Assembly (NCBI RefSeq): GCF_039654945.1
Contig: NW_027361696.1
Location: 47,616,001-47,680,000, forward strand
Reading direction: 5' to 3'
Source of the DNA: Dendrobates tinctorius
Lineage: Eukaryota
Length of the DNA: 64,000 nucleotides
Below are positions 46,032 through 60,420 of the stretch, one piece after another (position 1 is the stretch's first letter; each line of letters starts with the position of its first letter). The notes under the pieces are model-generated. The model was not told the origin of the DNA. It worked only from the letters and a program-made list of their open reading frames with translations, and searched no databases. Position numbers and translations under genes: made by a program.

Positions 46032-46895
46032 ATGCAGTCTCCGAGCGCAGATGGCGGTGCGCTTGATCAGGGTGGGGCTGCGGTCTCAACGGATGATGGG
46101 GGTCCCTGCTCCAGCATCAACCTGGGGGCTATGCTGAGTAACCTGCCCCGGTTTTCTGGCTCAGATATGCTGTTGTGGAGCTGGACAGAACGTATGCGGG
46201 GCCTTTTCCGCATGCACCCCTTGACCCCCGATTTAGAGGCTGAGGTGGCCCTTATGGTGCTAGATGGGGAGGCCCGGAAGTCGGTAATGTTGAGACCCCT
46301 GGGGCGTCGTAACACCTTCGTCAGGGTCCTACAGATCCTGGAAGAGACCCACGGGGATTAAGCAGACGTGGGAGAGTTGAGAACCCGGTTGTTCAGTCAG
46401 ATGCAGGGGGAGGGGGAGACCATCACCCAGTATATGAATGCCCTCCAGGAGCTACACACCGCCATAGAAAGGAAGGACGGAATAGGGGTAGGGCCCATCG
46501 ACATTACCCTGCGTGACTTGCTAGTGACTGGACTCCGGGACCCGCTAATCAAGCAGTCATTGCGGGAACAGGTCCGAGTGAACCCACGTTTAGCCTTTTC
46601 CAAAGTGGGGAGTCAGGCCCGGGTGTGAGAGCAAGAGCAGGGGATGACGGCTCCTGTGGGGAAGGCCCGGAGCATGGAGTCCTCCGTAAGCGTTGTCAAA
46701 GAGCTGGCCGAAGTGAAGAAAAGAGCGGAGCCCGCGCCTAGCCGACCTGGCTACAATTCCGGGCCCTGGGGGCCTCGCAATACCCGGGGTGGCCGTGCCT
46801 CACCGCCTTGGTGCTATGAGTGTGGAGAACTGGGCCACTTCGCACGGGAGTGTCTGTGGCATGGGAGATGCCCACCCCGGTGGGCATTAAACTAG
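46032..46895 (+). pseudogene. Gypsy gag (PNMA-like capsid + CCHC knuckle), disrupted
   Basis: LPRFSG...; Q..GETITQY...LQEL; CYECGELGHFAREC; in-frame stops at 46359-46361 and 46626-46628. Confidence 0.88.
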
Positions 46896-49800
46896 AGGGC
46901 TCCGGGCATGGGGATGCCGCTCGGAGCCAGAAGCCACAACGAGGGGTGGTGGAACTCCCGAAGAACTGGTCGCTAAGTGCCCAATAGTATGGGCCGAAGT
47001 TGAGGGTCATGCTGTGCGGTGCCTAGTGGATACGGGGTCGCAGGTGACGACCATACCGGCAACGTACTTCCGGCAGCATTTCCTGGAAGCGGCAAGGCCC
47101 CAGTGGGGGCCCATGATACGACTAGTGGCCGCAAACCAACTGCCGGTACCTGTCGCTGGGGTGGTGTGGCTTCAGATGACATTGTGTGGTAAATCCCTCG
47201 GTCGCCGGGGAGTGGTCCTGACTCAAGGAGAGACTAACGACCGTCATCCGATCATCTTGGGCATGAATGTACTGCCGGGAGTTTGGCAATCTACTCCTCA
47301 ACGATTCCACGCAGGAGACCCTAAGTCAGTGGGGTCCTCGCACGGCCCAGGGGCAGGTCTTCCAGCGGTTGGTGCGGGAGGCGCGAGTGCTCCAGGAGTG
47401 TCAGGAGGGTGAGGCGCTGGGCAAGGTCATTGTGCCGGCGGCCCCCCTGCTCGTGCTTCCTCCGGGGCAGACGGTGGTGGCTCTGCCGATCAGCGCCCCG
47501 ATACCACTAGAGGGCGTGGAGGTGCAGGTGGAACCATGTTACTCAGAGTGCCTGCACCCTGGCATCCTGGTGGCCCGCTCCCTGGCCACAGTGCGGGAGG
47601 GGACCGTCTTGGTACGTTGTGTCAAACCTGGAAGATCAGGATATCACCCTGAAGCCCCGGGCCGAAATGGCCAAACTAGTTAGGCCATTGGAGGAGCTGC
47701 TGCCGGACCCTGCAGTCCAGTTGCGGGTGCAACCCGAAGACCCCTGGGCAGTAACGGTACGAACACAACAGGCTGCCGCGTCCGCGGCCCAAGAAAAGGG
47801 TCGAGTCATTCTGGAGAGAATACGGGCTGAACTTTCTGGCCTAGCACCAGCCCAGCTTCTCCAAGTAGAGACACTCCTTGGGCAATTTTACAGTGTCTTC
47901 GCCAGCCACGCAATGACTTCGGATGTACCACGGCCATCACGCATGGGATCCCCACGGCAGGAGCGGCCCCCATCCGGGAGCGGTATCGGCAAATACCACC
48001 GCAGCTATATCAGGAAGTGAAAACTCTATTAGCCCAAATGCTCCGGAAGGGGGTCATACGAGAAAGCCAAAGCCCTTGGGCGGCCCCTATTGTCCTGGTT
48101 TGGAAGAAAGATGGCACTCTACGTTTTTGCGTGGATTACCGGAAGTTGAACGCCTGCACCATCAAGGATTCGTATCCACAGCCCCTCATAGAAGAGTCTC
48201 TCTCCGCCCTGGGGAACGCAACGTACTTTTCGACCCTTGACCTGGTCAGCGGGTACTGGCAAGTGCCGATGTCGGAGGAAGACAGAGCCAAGATGGCATT
48301 CATCCTTCCCATGGGACTGTTCAAATTCAATCGGATGCCCCTGGAACTTTTCAGCGGTTGATGGAGCGGTGTCTAGGAGACCGCAACTTTGAAGCCACGT
48401 TAATATACCTGGACGATATCATTATCTATTCCGCCACGCTCGAGGACCACCTGAGGCGGTTGGGGCAGGTGCTCGGCCGGCTGCAGAAGTATGGGTTAAA
48501 GGTAAAGCCCCAGAAATGCCACCTGTTCTGCACCCAGATCGAGTACCTGGGGCATACCATCTCGGCAGAGGGTGTTCGACCATCCCTGGAAAAGGTCGCT
48601 GCCATCCAGGGGTGGCCTACCCCCGAGACAGTGACGGACGTGCGGGCCTTCTTGGGGTTGGCCGACTACTACCGTCGGTTTGTGAAGAACTTGCACGCCG
48701 AGCCCGAGCCCTGCAGGACCTGCTGAAGGGGGCTCCTGCCGGGGTGAATGGACGGAAGATCCAGTGGCAGCAACCGCAAGAGGATGCGTTTCAAGATCTC
48801 AAAGCTGCTCTCTCCGACGCCCCGCTACTGGCATATGTGAATTTTTCGCAACCGTTCATCCTGCATACCGACGGGAGCCTCCAGGGGCTAGGAGCTGTGT
48901 TGTCACAGGTGCAGGATGGCCGGGAGAAAGTGATCGCCTATGGTAGCTGGTCGCTGCACAACTCAGAACGCAACCCGGACAATTATAGCTCCTTTAAGCT
49001 TGAGCTCCTCGCGGTAGTGTGGGCAATGACGGAGCGATTCGCAGAGTATCTGGCGGGCTCCGAAGTAGTAGTGCGGACCGATAACAACCCGTTAGCCCAT
49101 TTGGAGAATGCCAAACTGGGGGCCCTCGAGCAGCGGTGGGTGATTCGGATGGCCAAATTCAATTATAAAATCATCTACAAACGGGGAGCTTAAAACGTGC
49201 ACGCCGACGCGCTCTCCAGAATCCAACACACCACCCCAGGGAGAAACCGAGATGACGAATTAGAAGCAGATGAGACGCTGTTCGCTCTCACCACCGCCGC
49301 GCTTACAGTCAACATGCAAGAAGTGCCTCATCCGGGACTCCTTGGAGGGATGCTGGGACAACCCCGCAACAACTGGATCCAGCAGCAACAAGAAGATACA
49401 GAAATTAGACTCCTGCGCCAATGGGTGGCCACCGGTAAATTTCCCACCGGCTCGCAGAGACAGACTTTGACCCAAGATATGTTGCTGATGCTGCGCCAGT
49501 GGGAAAAACTAGTCATCAAAAATGGACTTTTATATCGAAAGGCCATGTCACGAACCACGTCAGCTATGATATGGCAAGTGATCGTGCCCGGAGCCCATCT
49601 CAACCAACTGGCCCGGGAAGCCCATGAAAAGGGGGCTCACTTTGGTGCTCAAAAGACTTTACAATGGTTGCAGCAGATAGTGTACCACCCACGCTTGCAC
49701 GCTGCCGTAGAAGAAGCTTGTCGAACCTGCCGCCCGTGCGAGCTCGCTAAATCCCCTGCGCAGCGAACCCCCGGTGCAAACGATTGTAACATCAGCCCCT

Positions 49801-50890
49801 CTGGAGCTTCTTACGGTGGATTATCTGACCATAGGTCCTGCCTATCAGAGGTATGAACATTGTCTCGTTATGGTGGACCATTTCACCAAGTTCGCCGTGG
49901 TTACCCCCACCCGAGACCAAACAGCTGAGTCGGCCGCTTATGCGATTTGAAAGAACTTTATTCAAGTGTACGGCTGTCCACAACAAATACATTCGGCCAA
50001 GGAGCGTGCTTCCTAGAAAAAGTCATGGAAGAGCTACACCATCTTTACGGTATCGATAAGTCACGGACTACGCCATACCACCCACAGGGAAATGGAGCCT
50101 GCGAGCGATTCAATTGTACACTAATCCAAATGCTGCGCACCCTGGAGAGTGACTGCAAGGCCCGCTGGCCTGAATATGTCCCCGAGCTAGTGTGGGTATA
50201 TAACAATCGGGTGCATCGAGTGACTGGTTACACCCCCTACTCATTGCTGATCGGACGAGAAGGCAAAGGAATTACGGAGGTGGAATTGAACCTGGAGGAA
50301 CCACAACTCTGGACCGGGTTATCCTCATGGGTCTGAAACCACCAGCATCGGCTGCAGACTCTCCACCGTATCGTCCATACGAAGCTCCAGGATCTAGAAC
50401 ACCAAGGGGGAGCACTGCCCCCACCCATTGACTTTCAAGTTGGGGATCGGGTACTCGTACTTGACCAACACCCCCAAAACAAGTTAGAACCCCGGTGGGA
50501 GGTGAACCCGTACCGAGTGTTACGCCGAATAAGTCCCGACGGGCCTGTGTATGAAATACAATCCGAAGTAAACAACGCGCCCCTCACTCGGGTTGTGCAC
50601 CGTAACATGTTATGACCATGTACGTCTACCAATCCCCCATGGCCCGAACCGACCCCCCAGGTCCCTGACCCCCTGCCTAAGGTCTGGGACCTGGATGACG
50701 AAGAGGACTTCCCCGTCAAATCTGCGGAGCGCACCAGTAGTGGCACTCGAGTAGACCCGGAAATCCCACCAGAACCAACTAGTCGACCACCCTCCACCAC
50801 CCCAGAAGACTCCACTACACCCGAGCTTCGACGCTCCGAGCGGTCAACAGCTGACAAACGCCCTGAACGTTACGAACAGGACCAGTTTGT
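46896..50890 (+). pseudogene. Gypsy pol (protease, RT, RNase H, integrase), frameshifted
   Basis: LVDTGSQVT; SPWAAPIVLV..KDGTLRFCVDYRKLN; YLDD; FILHTDGS..GLGAVL, YSSFKLELLA, TDNNPL; H-H-C-C zinc finger; TTPYHPQGNGACERFN; several stops and frameshifts. Confidence 0.92.
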
Positions 50891-50978
50891 ATGGTGACAA
50901 GGACTGTCGTCTCAAAAGACTAACCCAAGTTTGCAAAAACCCTCGCCCGAGGATTGGCGAGCATACAGGGCGGGGGAG

Positions 50979-52041
50979 TGTGGGAGGAACAGCCCCCGTC
51001 GAGTGTCTGGGCCGGAACCAAAGGAGCCGTCATCTGGGTTCCGGGGGAAACTGTCCCCGGGGGACAGAATTCGGGGATGGACCGTTCTAACAGACAGATG
51101 GGCTTCGGGAGGGACCAGTATAAAGGAGGCAGGGAATTCCCCGGGCGATGAGTCAGCAGACCGGGACAGAGACGGCAGGAGAGCGTGGGAGTGACTGGAA
51201 GCTAGAGCGACCCACCAGTTCCAGAGAGGACGCTCACCAAGGACTCCAGAGGGACGGTGCCAAGGCGACCAGCTGAGACTTGCTGCCCCGCTCCTGCCCA
51301 AGGCCACTACGGCCTCAGCTCAACCCGCGGCCGCTGCCGCCTCCTCCCAGCCCACGGCTGCAGCCTACCCGTGGTCACAGGCGGCCGCTGCCACCTCCCC
51401 TCAGCCTGCGGCTGCTGCCTGTTCCCCGCCACCCGCAGCCGCCCCACTCTCGCCTGTGGCTGCGGCAAGTACCGTGCCGTCGGCGGCCACCACTGTCCCG
51501 CTCCGGTCCGCAGCAGGGGCTGGGCCTCTGCTGACCGTGGACTCCCCGTCGCAGCCGCTAGCTGCACAGGTGGCCTGTCATTCACCACCACCCATCGCTA
51601 CCGCGTGCCCCAGTCCGGGGCCTGCGACCCACCCGTCCAAGGACTCCGCCGTGGCCTGTGGGGCTCCAGTGTCACCAGTGCGCCGGAGGGTGCGAACACT
51701 CCGTCAACGCCTCAGCAACTGGGCCCAGCAACTACTACGACGAAAGACCACCAACCCGAACGGCGAGGGACGTCTGGACAGCTAAGTTGACTTTACAATT
51801 AAGGACCCGTAGTCGGCCATACCGCGGCCCTATAGTGACCGGCTATTGCCAGGAGTAGTCGTGTTCTACCTATTTGTGTTTGCTGGTCTAGAGCCCCTGC
51901 GAGGGCAACCCGTGTTACCCCTGTTGGCGATCAGGCCGTGACTGAGGAAGGTTTCCTCTAGTCCTATAAACGTTATTTTAGAAAGCACCAAATTGTCTCG
52001 CGCGACTCGTCACTGCATCCTGCATACCTGCAAATACCACA
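50979..52041 (+). repeat. 3' LTR
   Basis: Follows the PPT and ends CCACA; direct repeat of the 5' LTR with small indels. Confidence 0.93.
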
Positions 52042-54350
52042 TCTGTATAGATGGGAGGTTTGAAATAGAGTCTTCTTAAATTGAAGGCTGGTCTGAAGCC
52101 AGAACAGATAATCTAGAGTCTGTATAGATGGGAGGTCTGTGAGCTGTATAGATGGGAGGTCTGCTCTGAGTGAGGTCTGTATAGATGGGAAGTCTGCTCT
52201 GAGGTCTGTATAGATGTGACGTCTGCTCTGTGGCCTGTATAGATGTGACGTCTGCTCTGAGATCTGTATAAATGGGAGGTCGGCTCTGTGGCCTGTATAG
52301 ATGTGAGGTCTGCTCTGTGGCCTGTATAGATGGGAGGTCTGCTCTGAGGTCTGTATCTATGGGAGGTCTGCTCTGAGGTCTGTATAGATGGGAGGTCTGC
52401 TCTGTGGCCTGTATAGATGTGAGGTCTGCTCTGTGGCCTGTATAGATGGGAGGTCTGCTCTGAGGTCTGTATCTATGGGAGGTCTGCTCTGAGGTCTGTA
52501 TAGATGGGAGGTCTGCTCTGTGGCCTGTATAGATGTGAGGTCTGCTCTGTGGCCTGTATAGATGTGAGGTCTGCTCTGAGGTCTGTATAAATGAGAGGTC
52601 TGCTCTGTGGCCTGTATAGATGTGAGGTCTGCTCTGTGGCCTGTATAGATGTGAGGTCTGCTCTGAGGTCTGTATAAATGGGAGGTCTGCTCTGTGGCCT
52701 GTATAGATGGGAGGTCTGCTCTGTGGCCTGTATAGATGGGAGGTCTGCTCTGAGGTCTGTATAAATGGGAGGTCTGCTCTCTGTGGCCTGTATAGATGGG
52801 AGGTCTGCTCTGAGGTCTGTATAAATGGGAGGTCTGCTATGTGGCCTGTATATATGTGAGGTCTGCTCTATGGCCTGTATAGATGTGAGGTCTGTATAAA
52901 TGGGAGGTCTGCTCTGTGGCCTGTATAGATGGGAGGTCTGCTCTGAGGTCTGTATAAATGGGAGGTCTGCTTTGAGGTCTGTATAAATGGGAGGTCTGCT
53001 CTGTGGCCTGTAAAGATGTGAGGTCTGCTCTGAGATCTGTATAGATGGGAGGTCTGCTCTGAGGTCTGTATAGATGGGAGGTCTGCTTTGAGGTCTGTAT
53101 AAATGGGAGGTCTGCTCTGTGGCCTGTATAGATGTGAGGTCTGCTCTGAGATCTGTATAGATGGGAGGTCTGCTCTCTGTGGTCTGTATAGATGGGAGGT
53201 CTGCTCTGTGGCCTGTAAAGATGTGAGGTCTGCTCTGAGGTCTGTATAGATGTGAGGTCTGCTCTGTGGTCTGTATAGATGGGAGGTCTGCTCTCTGTGG
53301 TCTGTATAGATGGGAGGTCTGCTCTGTGGCCTGTAAAGATGTGAGGTCTGCTCTGAGATCTGTATAGATGGGAGGTCTGCTCTGTGGCCTGTATAGATGT
53401 GAGGTCTGCTCTGAGATCTGTATAAATGGGAGGTCTGCTCTGTGGCCTGTATAGATGTGAGGTCTGCTCTGAGATCTGTATAGATGGGAGGTCTGCTCTC
53501 TGTGGTCTGTATAGATGGGAGGTCTGCTCTGTGGCCTGTAAAGATGTGAGGTCTGCTCTGAGGTCTGTATAGATGTGAGGTCTGCTCTGTGGTCTGTATA
53601 GATGGGAGGTCTGCTCTCTGTGGTCTGTATAGATGGGAGGTCTGCTCTGTGGCCTGTAAAGATGTGAGGTCTGCTCTGAGGTCTGTATAGATGTGAGGTC
53701 TGCTCTGTGGTCTGTATAGATGGGAGGTCTGCTCTGAGGTCTGTATAGATGGGAGGTTTGCTCTGTGGCCTGTATAGTTAGGAGATCAGGTCTGTGGTCT
53801 GCATAGATGGAAGGTCTGCTCTGAGGTCTATATAGATGTGAGGTCAGGTCTGTGAACTGTGTAGATAGGAGGCCTGGTCAGGGGTCTGTATAGCTGGGGT
53901 CTGGGGTCTGCATAGATGTGAGGTCTGGTTTGTGATCTGTGTATATTTGAGGTCTGGTCTAGGTTCTATACAGCTAGGGGGTCTGATTTGGTGTTTATGT
54001 AGAGGAGGGGGTTTGTTGTGGGGTCAATATAGATGGGGGACTGGTGTGGGCTCTATATAGATGGGGTCCGGTCTGGGGTTTGTATAGATGGGGCTTTAGT
54101 TTGGGGTCTATAATGATGGGGCTCTGGTTTGGGGTTTATATAGATGGGGTCTGGTTTGGGATCTATATAGATGGGGGTCTGGTTTGGGGTCTATATACAT
54201 GAGGGTCTGGTTTGGGGTTTATATACATGTGGGTCTGGTTTGGGGTCTATATAGATGGGGGTCTGATTTGGGGTCTATATAGATGGGGGTCTGGTTTGGG
54301 GTTTATATAGATGGGGGCCTGGTTTGGGGTCTATATAGATCGGCAGTCTT
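52042..54350. repeat. ~29-bp minisatellite grading into a degenerate variant
   Basis: CTGTATAGATGGGAGGTCTGCTCTG(AGGT/TGGC), then TATATAGATGGGGGTCTGGTTTGGGG. Confidence 0.92.
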
Positions 54351-57300
54351 GTTTGGGTTCCACATAGCTGGGGGCTTGTATTTGTTTTAGCGCTTTGGTC
54401 TGCGGTCTGATTTTGTTGGGGGGGTCTGTATTTCTGTGCACTATTTGTAATGCTAATGCCATAGATTAGGGGCTGGGTCTTATGTGCAAGGGTGGGGCAA
54501 AAGAAAAAAATCCTGTTTCCAGAATTTTCCTAATGTCCCTTTTGGCACATCTGTCTATGACTGGGATCACAGTTGTCCCCCATAGTCTTTTGGCATGGAC
54601 ACATGGGGACTCAGCATTATTGGCTGAGCAGCGCTACTACTCCAATGTCATCTTCAGCTTCTAAATCTATCCAGCCGTAATGTAATATCCTGCCTTCTCT
54701 CCGGATCAGATTCATCTCTGTTGCTAATTTCCTTCTGTTTAGTAGTTAATCTGCGTCTGTGCTCAAGACGTTGTGACCAGGACGGAGCGAGGCCGATCCT
54801 TAACCGCAGGGTTTATATGAAGAGCTATAGACTAAGCCCCCGCACCCGGCCCACCACCGGTCACCACCACCTGTGCATCTGAACTCCAACATTCAACACC
54901 TCTAAAGAAAACCCAAGATGGTGTCACCTCTTAAAAATAAGCTCTCGCATCATTCTGTAATTTGCTGGCGCTTCTCCACTCACCACCATGAACATTGGCC
55001 ATATTATCCAAGATTTGAACCCAAAACTATGGAACATTTAAGCATTGCCCTGTTCCAAGATGTGCCATGTAGGGCCAACACAGAAATCATAGGAACCCAT
55101 GGCCAAAACTTGCTTACAGCCCACCCCCGCTTAGAGCTGCGTTACCCCAAAAATCTAATCTTTAAATCAAAGCTGTACAAATTAAAATCCCCTTGGCTAG
55201 AATATAGTAAGACTTGACAGTAAGGACGTACACTGAAATAATAGGGACCCATAGCCAAAATTTGAATAAACCCCACCCCCGCTTAAAGCTCAATTTTCCC
55301 CAAAATCCAAACTTTAAATCAAAGTTGTATAAATCCCAAAAAATTCTCCTTGGCAAGAATGCAGTACAACTTGACAGTAAGGGCATATACAGAAATCATA
55401 AGGACTTATTGTCAAAATTTGCATAAGCTCACCCCCGCTGAGAGCTCCAGTTCCACCAATTAAAGACTCAAAAGTGTAATCTTTAAATAAAAGCAGAATA
55501 AACTCAAAAAATTCTACAAAAATCCATTTCCTGTCTCATAACTAATGGTAAGAAACGGCATCGAGGGCGCACCTAGAAAAAAAATTGCATAAGCCTTACC
55601 CCAGCTGAGAGCTCCATGTAACACACTTCTGCTCTAAATATGTAATATAGTAGGATGTATGATTCTGGCTTCCTACAGTCACCACCAGGGGGAGCTCACT
55701 GCATACAGATAGATACAGCTAGTCCTCATATGTTGGCTGCTCCATCTAGTGGCAGTTGCAGGGAAGGCACCTTTGCAGCAATGCTTGTGTGAGAAGGTGA
55801 TCACTTACAGATATTTGTGGTTATTACCAGCCGTCCCCTCGCCTCCAAAACAATTAATAGATGTAGCAGAGCTGAATTTATTTTTTTCATTGCCTCAAAT
55901 CCAGAAAGAACCTGACATATAACTCACCTGCTAACATGCAGGAAAGGGATTTTTCTTTTTCTTTTTACTTGAATACCTGTATTTTGTGTTAAAAATAATA
56001 TTCGCCGATGGGTTCTTATTAAAAACGTTACACCATTTTGCTTTTACAGGCTCTTAACTTCCTGCACATTCCACGCTGATGCGGTCTGTGGTCATCAATC
56101 AGCCGAGAGGAGCTTGGAAAAAGCGCGATAATGAGCTCACTGACTGATTCTCAGTTGACTCAGATGCTGCAGAAGGCAAATGGTGCAACATTTTTAACGG
56201 AATCCAATTGCAAAAAATTATTTTTAGCCCAAAACACGTAAGAAAAAAACCCCGTCTAACTTTGAGTTTTCACTTTTTCTGCTTTGGATGTAGATGACAG
56301 ATTCAGCTCTGCTACATCTGTAGGATCCCAGTACTTTTCTCTCTAGGACAGGGGCCTCGCTTGTGTTCTGCATAAATTTTCACGCCGCGCAGCCTGTTAT
56401 GCAATCTATGGGTAATGGAGCCAATTTGGGCGTGGAGACTATTTTTGACAGATGGATGCCAAAATCCAGAAAATTCTCTTCTCGTCAGCTGGAGTGGCCC
56501 TACCTCCCTCTATCTGTGCCTGCGTGACTGCCAGGCGGTGAAAAGGGGGGCAGCAGAGGGAGGGAGGGTGGAGAGGAACAGGGACATCTAGAAGCTTCTG
56601 AATCCTGTGACAGCTGTGCAGAGCTAGGCGGCCCTGTATATAGAGGGAGTCCGCAGGCACACAGCAAGCCATATCTGAGGGCACTGGCACAGGTGAGGCG
56701 CACGGGGTATGTAGGGCAGGCGGACTGGATGGGTCTAAGTAGGGGTCCAAAAGAGCTGAGTTTGTCATCTCCCGTGACGAAATCTGTGGATTTACATAGG
56801 ACTGCGCAAACGAGTTAAATGACAAATCCAGCTCTGCTACATCCAAAATTGACTGGCCATGCTGCGTCACCGTTAACCCCTAAAATGCTGCCTCGCATGC
56901 TGCGTACGTACCTGACCTTGCTATGTGGCTGTCTGTCGACTTTTTTTTTCCAACCTAAAATCTGACATACTGACTGCGTCGTTGTTCTCTGTTATCAGCC
57001 GCCGTTCTAAAATTCAGACTATGGTGTTATGGATTCTTTAACTATAGAAGGAAAGTGCTCCGCGCCGCACATGACAACGGACAGGCGGCGGGGGAAAGTG
57101 GCATCACTGCTTTATGTAAATGCGCGGACGGGGTTAATGTAATATCATTATAATCCTTAAATGTGCAAATGTTGCAGAAGCAAATTGGTCATCTGTTTAC
57201 AATAGCAAAGCCAAAGAGGTCATCTGGTAGAGAACATTGTGTGTTTTGATATTGCGTTACATAGGACTGCAGATTACCTAACTATAACAAATTACCACAT

Positions 57301-58776
57301 CTCAAGGAGACAAACTAACTTTTCCATCCAAAAACCTTGGACAAATTCAGCTCTGCTACATTGTTCTCATGATTGTATACATTGCTTTATGTCTACATAA
57401 TAAAATAAAGTCACATTCTTTTTCACTGTGATTACTTTTCCAGATAGTGCAGTCCTATGTAAATCTATACATAACACATCATGTTGTTCTAAATGACTGT
57501 GTAATCTCAGATCATTCTCATAATGTCAGACTAACTGTGACTGGTCAGTACATATACTGGTGGTTTATTGGCATATGCTTCATGGCACAATGCTCAAATA
57601 AAAAACGTCCTGTACTCAATGTGACATGAGGACCGTCATGTGCTATTAGCGGGGAGATTGGCCTCTGATATTACAACGTATCAGAAAGTATATATCCGAT
57701 GATTTGGAAAAATATAATACTGCCCCATGTACAAGAATGTAACTACAATAATACTGCCCCTATGTACAAGAATATAACTACTATAATACTACTCTTATAT
57801 ACAAGAATATAACTACTATAGTACTGCTCTTATATACAAGAATATAACTACTATAATACTACTCTTATATACAAGAATATAACTACTATAATACTACTCT
57901 TACATACAAGAATATAACTACTATAATACTGCCCCTATGTACAAGAATGTAACTACTATAATACTGCTCCTATGTACAAGAATATAACTGCTATAATACT
58001 ACTATTATTTACAAGAATATAACTACTATAATACTACTCTTATATACAAGACTATAACTACTAAAATACTGCCCACTATGTACAAGAATATAACTACTAT
58101 AATACTGCTCTTATATACAAGAATATAACTACTATAATACTACTCTTATATACAAGAATATAACTACTATAATACTGCCCCTATGTACAAGAATATAACT
58201 ACTATAATACTGCTCCTATGCGCAAGAGTATAACTACTATAATACTGCCCCTATGTACAAGAATAACTACTATAATACTGCCCCCTATGTACAAGAATAT
58301 AACTACTATAATTCTACTCTTATATACAAGAATATAACTACTATAATACTGCCCTTATGTACAAGAATATAACTACTATAATACTGCTCCCTATGTACAA
58401 GAGTATAACTACTATAATACTACTCTTATATACAAGAATATAACTACTATAATACTACTCTTATATACAAGAATATAACTATGATAATACTACTCTTATA
58501 TACAAGAATAAAACTACTATAATACTGTCCATATGCAAAAGAATATATCTACTATAATACTGCTCCCTATGTACAAGATTATAACTACTATAATACTACT
58601 CTTATATACAAGAATATAACTACTATAATACTGCCCCTATGTACAAGAATATAACTACTATAATACTGACCCCATGTACAAGAATATAACTACTATAATA
58701 CTGCCTCTATGTACAAGAATATAATTATTATAATACTGACCCCTATGTACAAGAATATAACTACTATAATACTGCC

Positions 58777-59823
58777 CAGGGCCAGCTCCAGGTTTTTGTG
58801 GGCCCCAGGCGAAAGTGTCTCAGTAGTCCCCTTTAACACATACCACAATTCATGATGCACAGATACGGCAAAGAAATATAGGTATAGCACAATGCCAAAG
58901 ATATCACTTACTTCTTACATTACATGAGTGATCTCTATTGTACATTCTACAATAGCTCAGAAACCAGCAAATCCTCGCAGAGCACAGTGCGTGCCCCAGT
59001 GGGGATTCAAAAGTTTTCATTTAAGATCGGACAGTATAGAACTCCATACAGTATTCTAGGCATCACATAGTCTTCCATACAGTTTATTGGGCACCACATA
59101 TTGCTACAGAATAATGAGCCTCATATAATGCTCCATACAGAATAATGAGCCCCAAATATTGCTTCATATAGAATAATGAGCCTCATATAATGCTCCATAC
59201 AGAATAATGAGCCCCAAATATTGCTTCATACAGAATAATGAGCCCCATATATTGCTCCATACAGAATAATGGGCCCCATATATTGCTTCATACAGAAAAA
59301 GGGTCCTCATATAATGCTCCTTACATAATAATGGGCATCATATAATGCTCTATACAGAATAATGGGCCCCATACAATGCTCCATACAGAACTCCATACAG
59401 AAAATGGGCCTCATATAATGCTCCATACAGAATAATGGAAACCATATAATGCTCCAAACAGGATAATGGGCCTCATATAATGCTCCAAACAGGATAATGG
59501 GCCCCATATAATGCTCCAAACAAGATAATGGGCCCCATATAATGCTCCATACAGGGTAATGGACCCAATTTAATGCTCCATACAGGATAATGGGCCCCAT
59601 ATAATGCCCCATACAGGATAATGGGCCCCATATAATGCTCCAAACAGGATAATGGGCCCCATATAATGCTCCAAGTGGGATAATGGGCCCCATATAATGC
59701 TCCAGATGGGATAATGGGCCCCATATAATGCTCCATACATATAGTATGGGCCCCATATAATGACCCATAGAGAATAATGGGCTCATCTCCCTCGCTGGGC
59801 TCATTCTCATCTCTGCTGGGCTG
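58777..59823. mobile_element. Probable hAT-derived insertion carrying a 31-bp minisatellite (about 59100-59785)
   Basis: Interrupts the 35-bp array; starts CAGGGCCAGC, right end degenerate; unit AATGGGCCCCATATAATGCTCCATACAGGAT. Confidence 0.5.
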
Positions 59824-60420
59824 ATAATACTGTCCCCTATGTACATAAATATAACTACTATAATACTGCCCCCTATGTACAAAAATATAACTATATAACT
59901 ACTATAATACTGCCTGAATGTTCAAGAATGTAACGACAATACTGCACCCTATGTACAAGAAAATAACTAATATAATACTGACCCCTATGTACAGGAATAT
60001 AACTACTATAATACTGCCTCTATGTACAAGAAAATAACTACTATAACACTGCCCCCATGACAAGAATATAACTACTATAATACTGCTCCTATGTACAAGA
60101 ATATAACTATGGTACTATAATACTGCCCCTATGTACAAGAATATAACTACTATACTAGTGCCCCTATGTACAAGAATATAACTACTATAATACTGCCCCT
60201 ATGTACAAGAATATAACTAATATAATACTGCCCCTATGTACAAAAATATAAATACTATAATACTGCCCCATGTACAAGAATGTAACTAGTATAATACTGT
60301 CCCCTATGTACATAAATATGACTACTATAATACTGCCCCTATGTACAAAAATATAACTACTATAATACTGCCTGTATGTACAAGAATGTAACTACAATAC
60401 TGCACCCTTTGTACAAGAAT

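Larger units (their letters stand above)
44969..52041 (+). mobile_element. Full-length, degenerate Ty3/Gypsy LTR retrotransposon
   Basis: LTRs about 44969/71-46013 and 50979/81-52041 (TG...CA); PBS TGGCATAGTCGGCAGGAT 46016-46033 (tRNA-Ser type, 1 mismatch); PPT 50967-50978; TSD TCTG 44967-44970/52042-52045; order gag-PR-RT-RH-IN. Confidence 0.95.

Noticed and set aside
57051-57060. GAAAGTGCT, miR-427/430 seed-like
   Set aside because: Only the seed matches; no hairpin or tandem cluster, and it lies within a TTAA-bounded repeat
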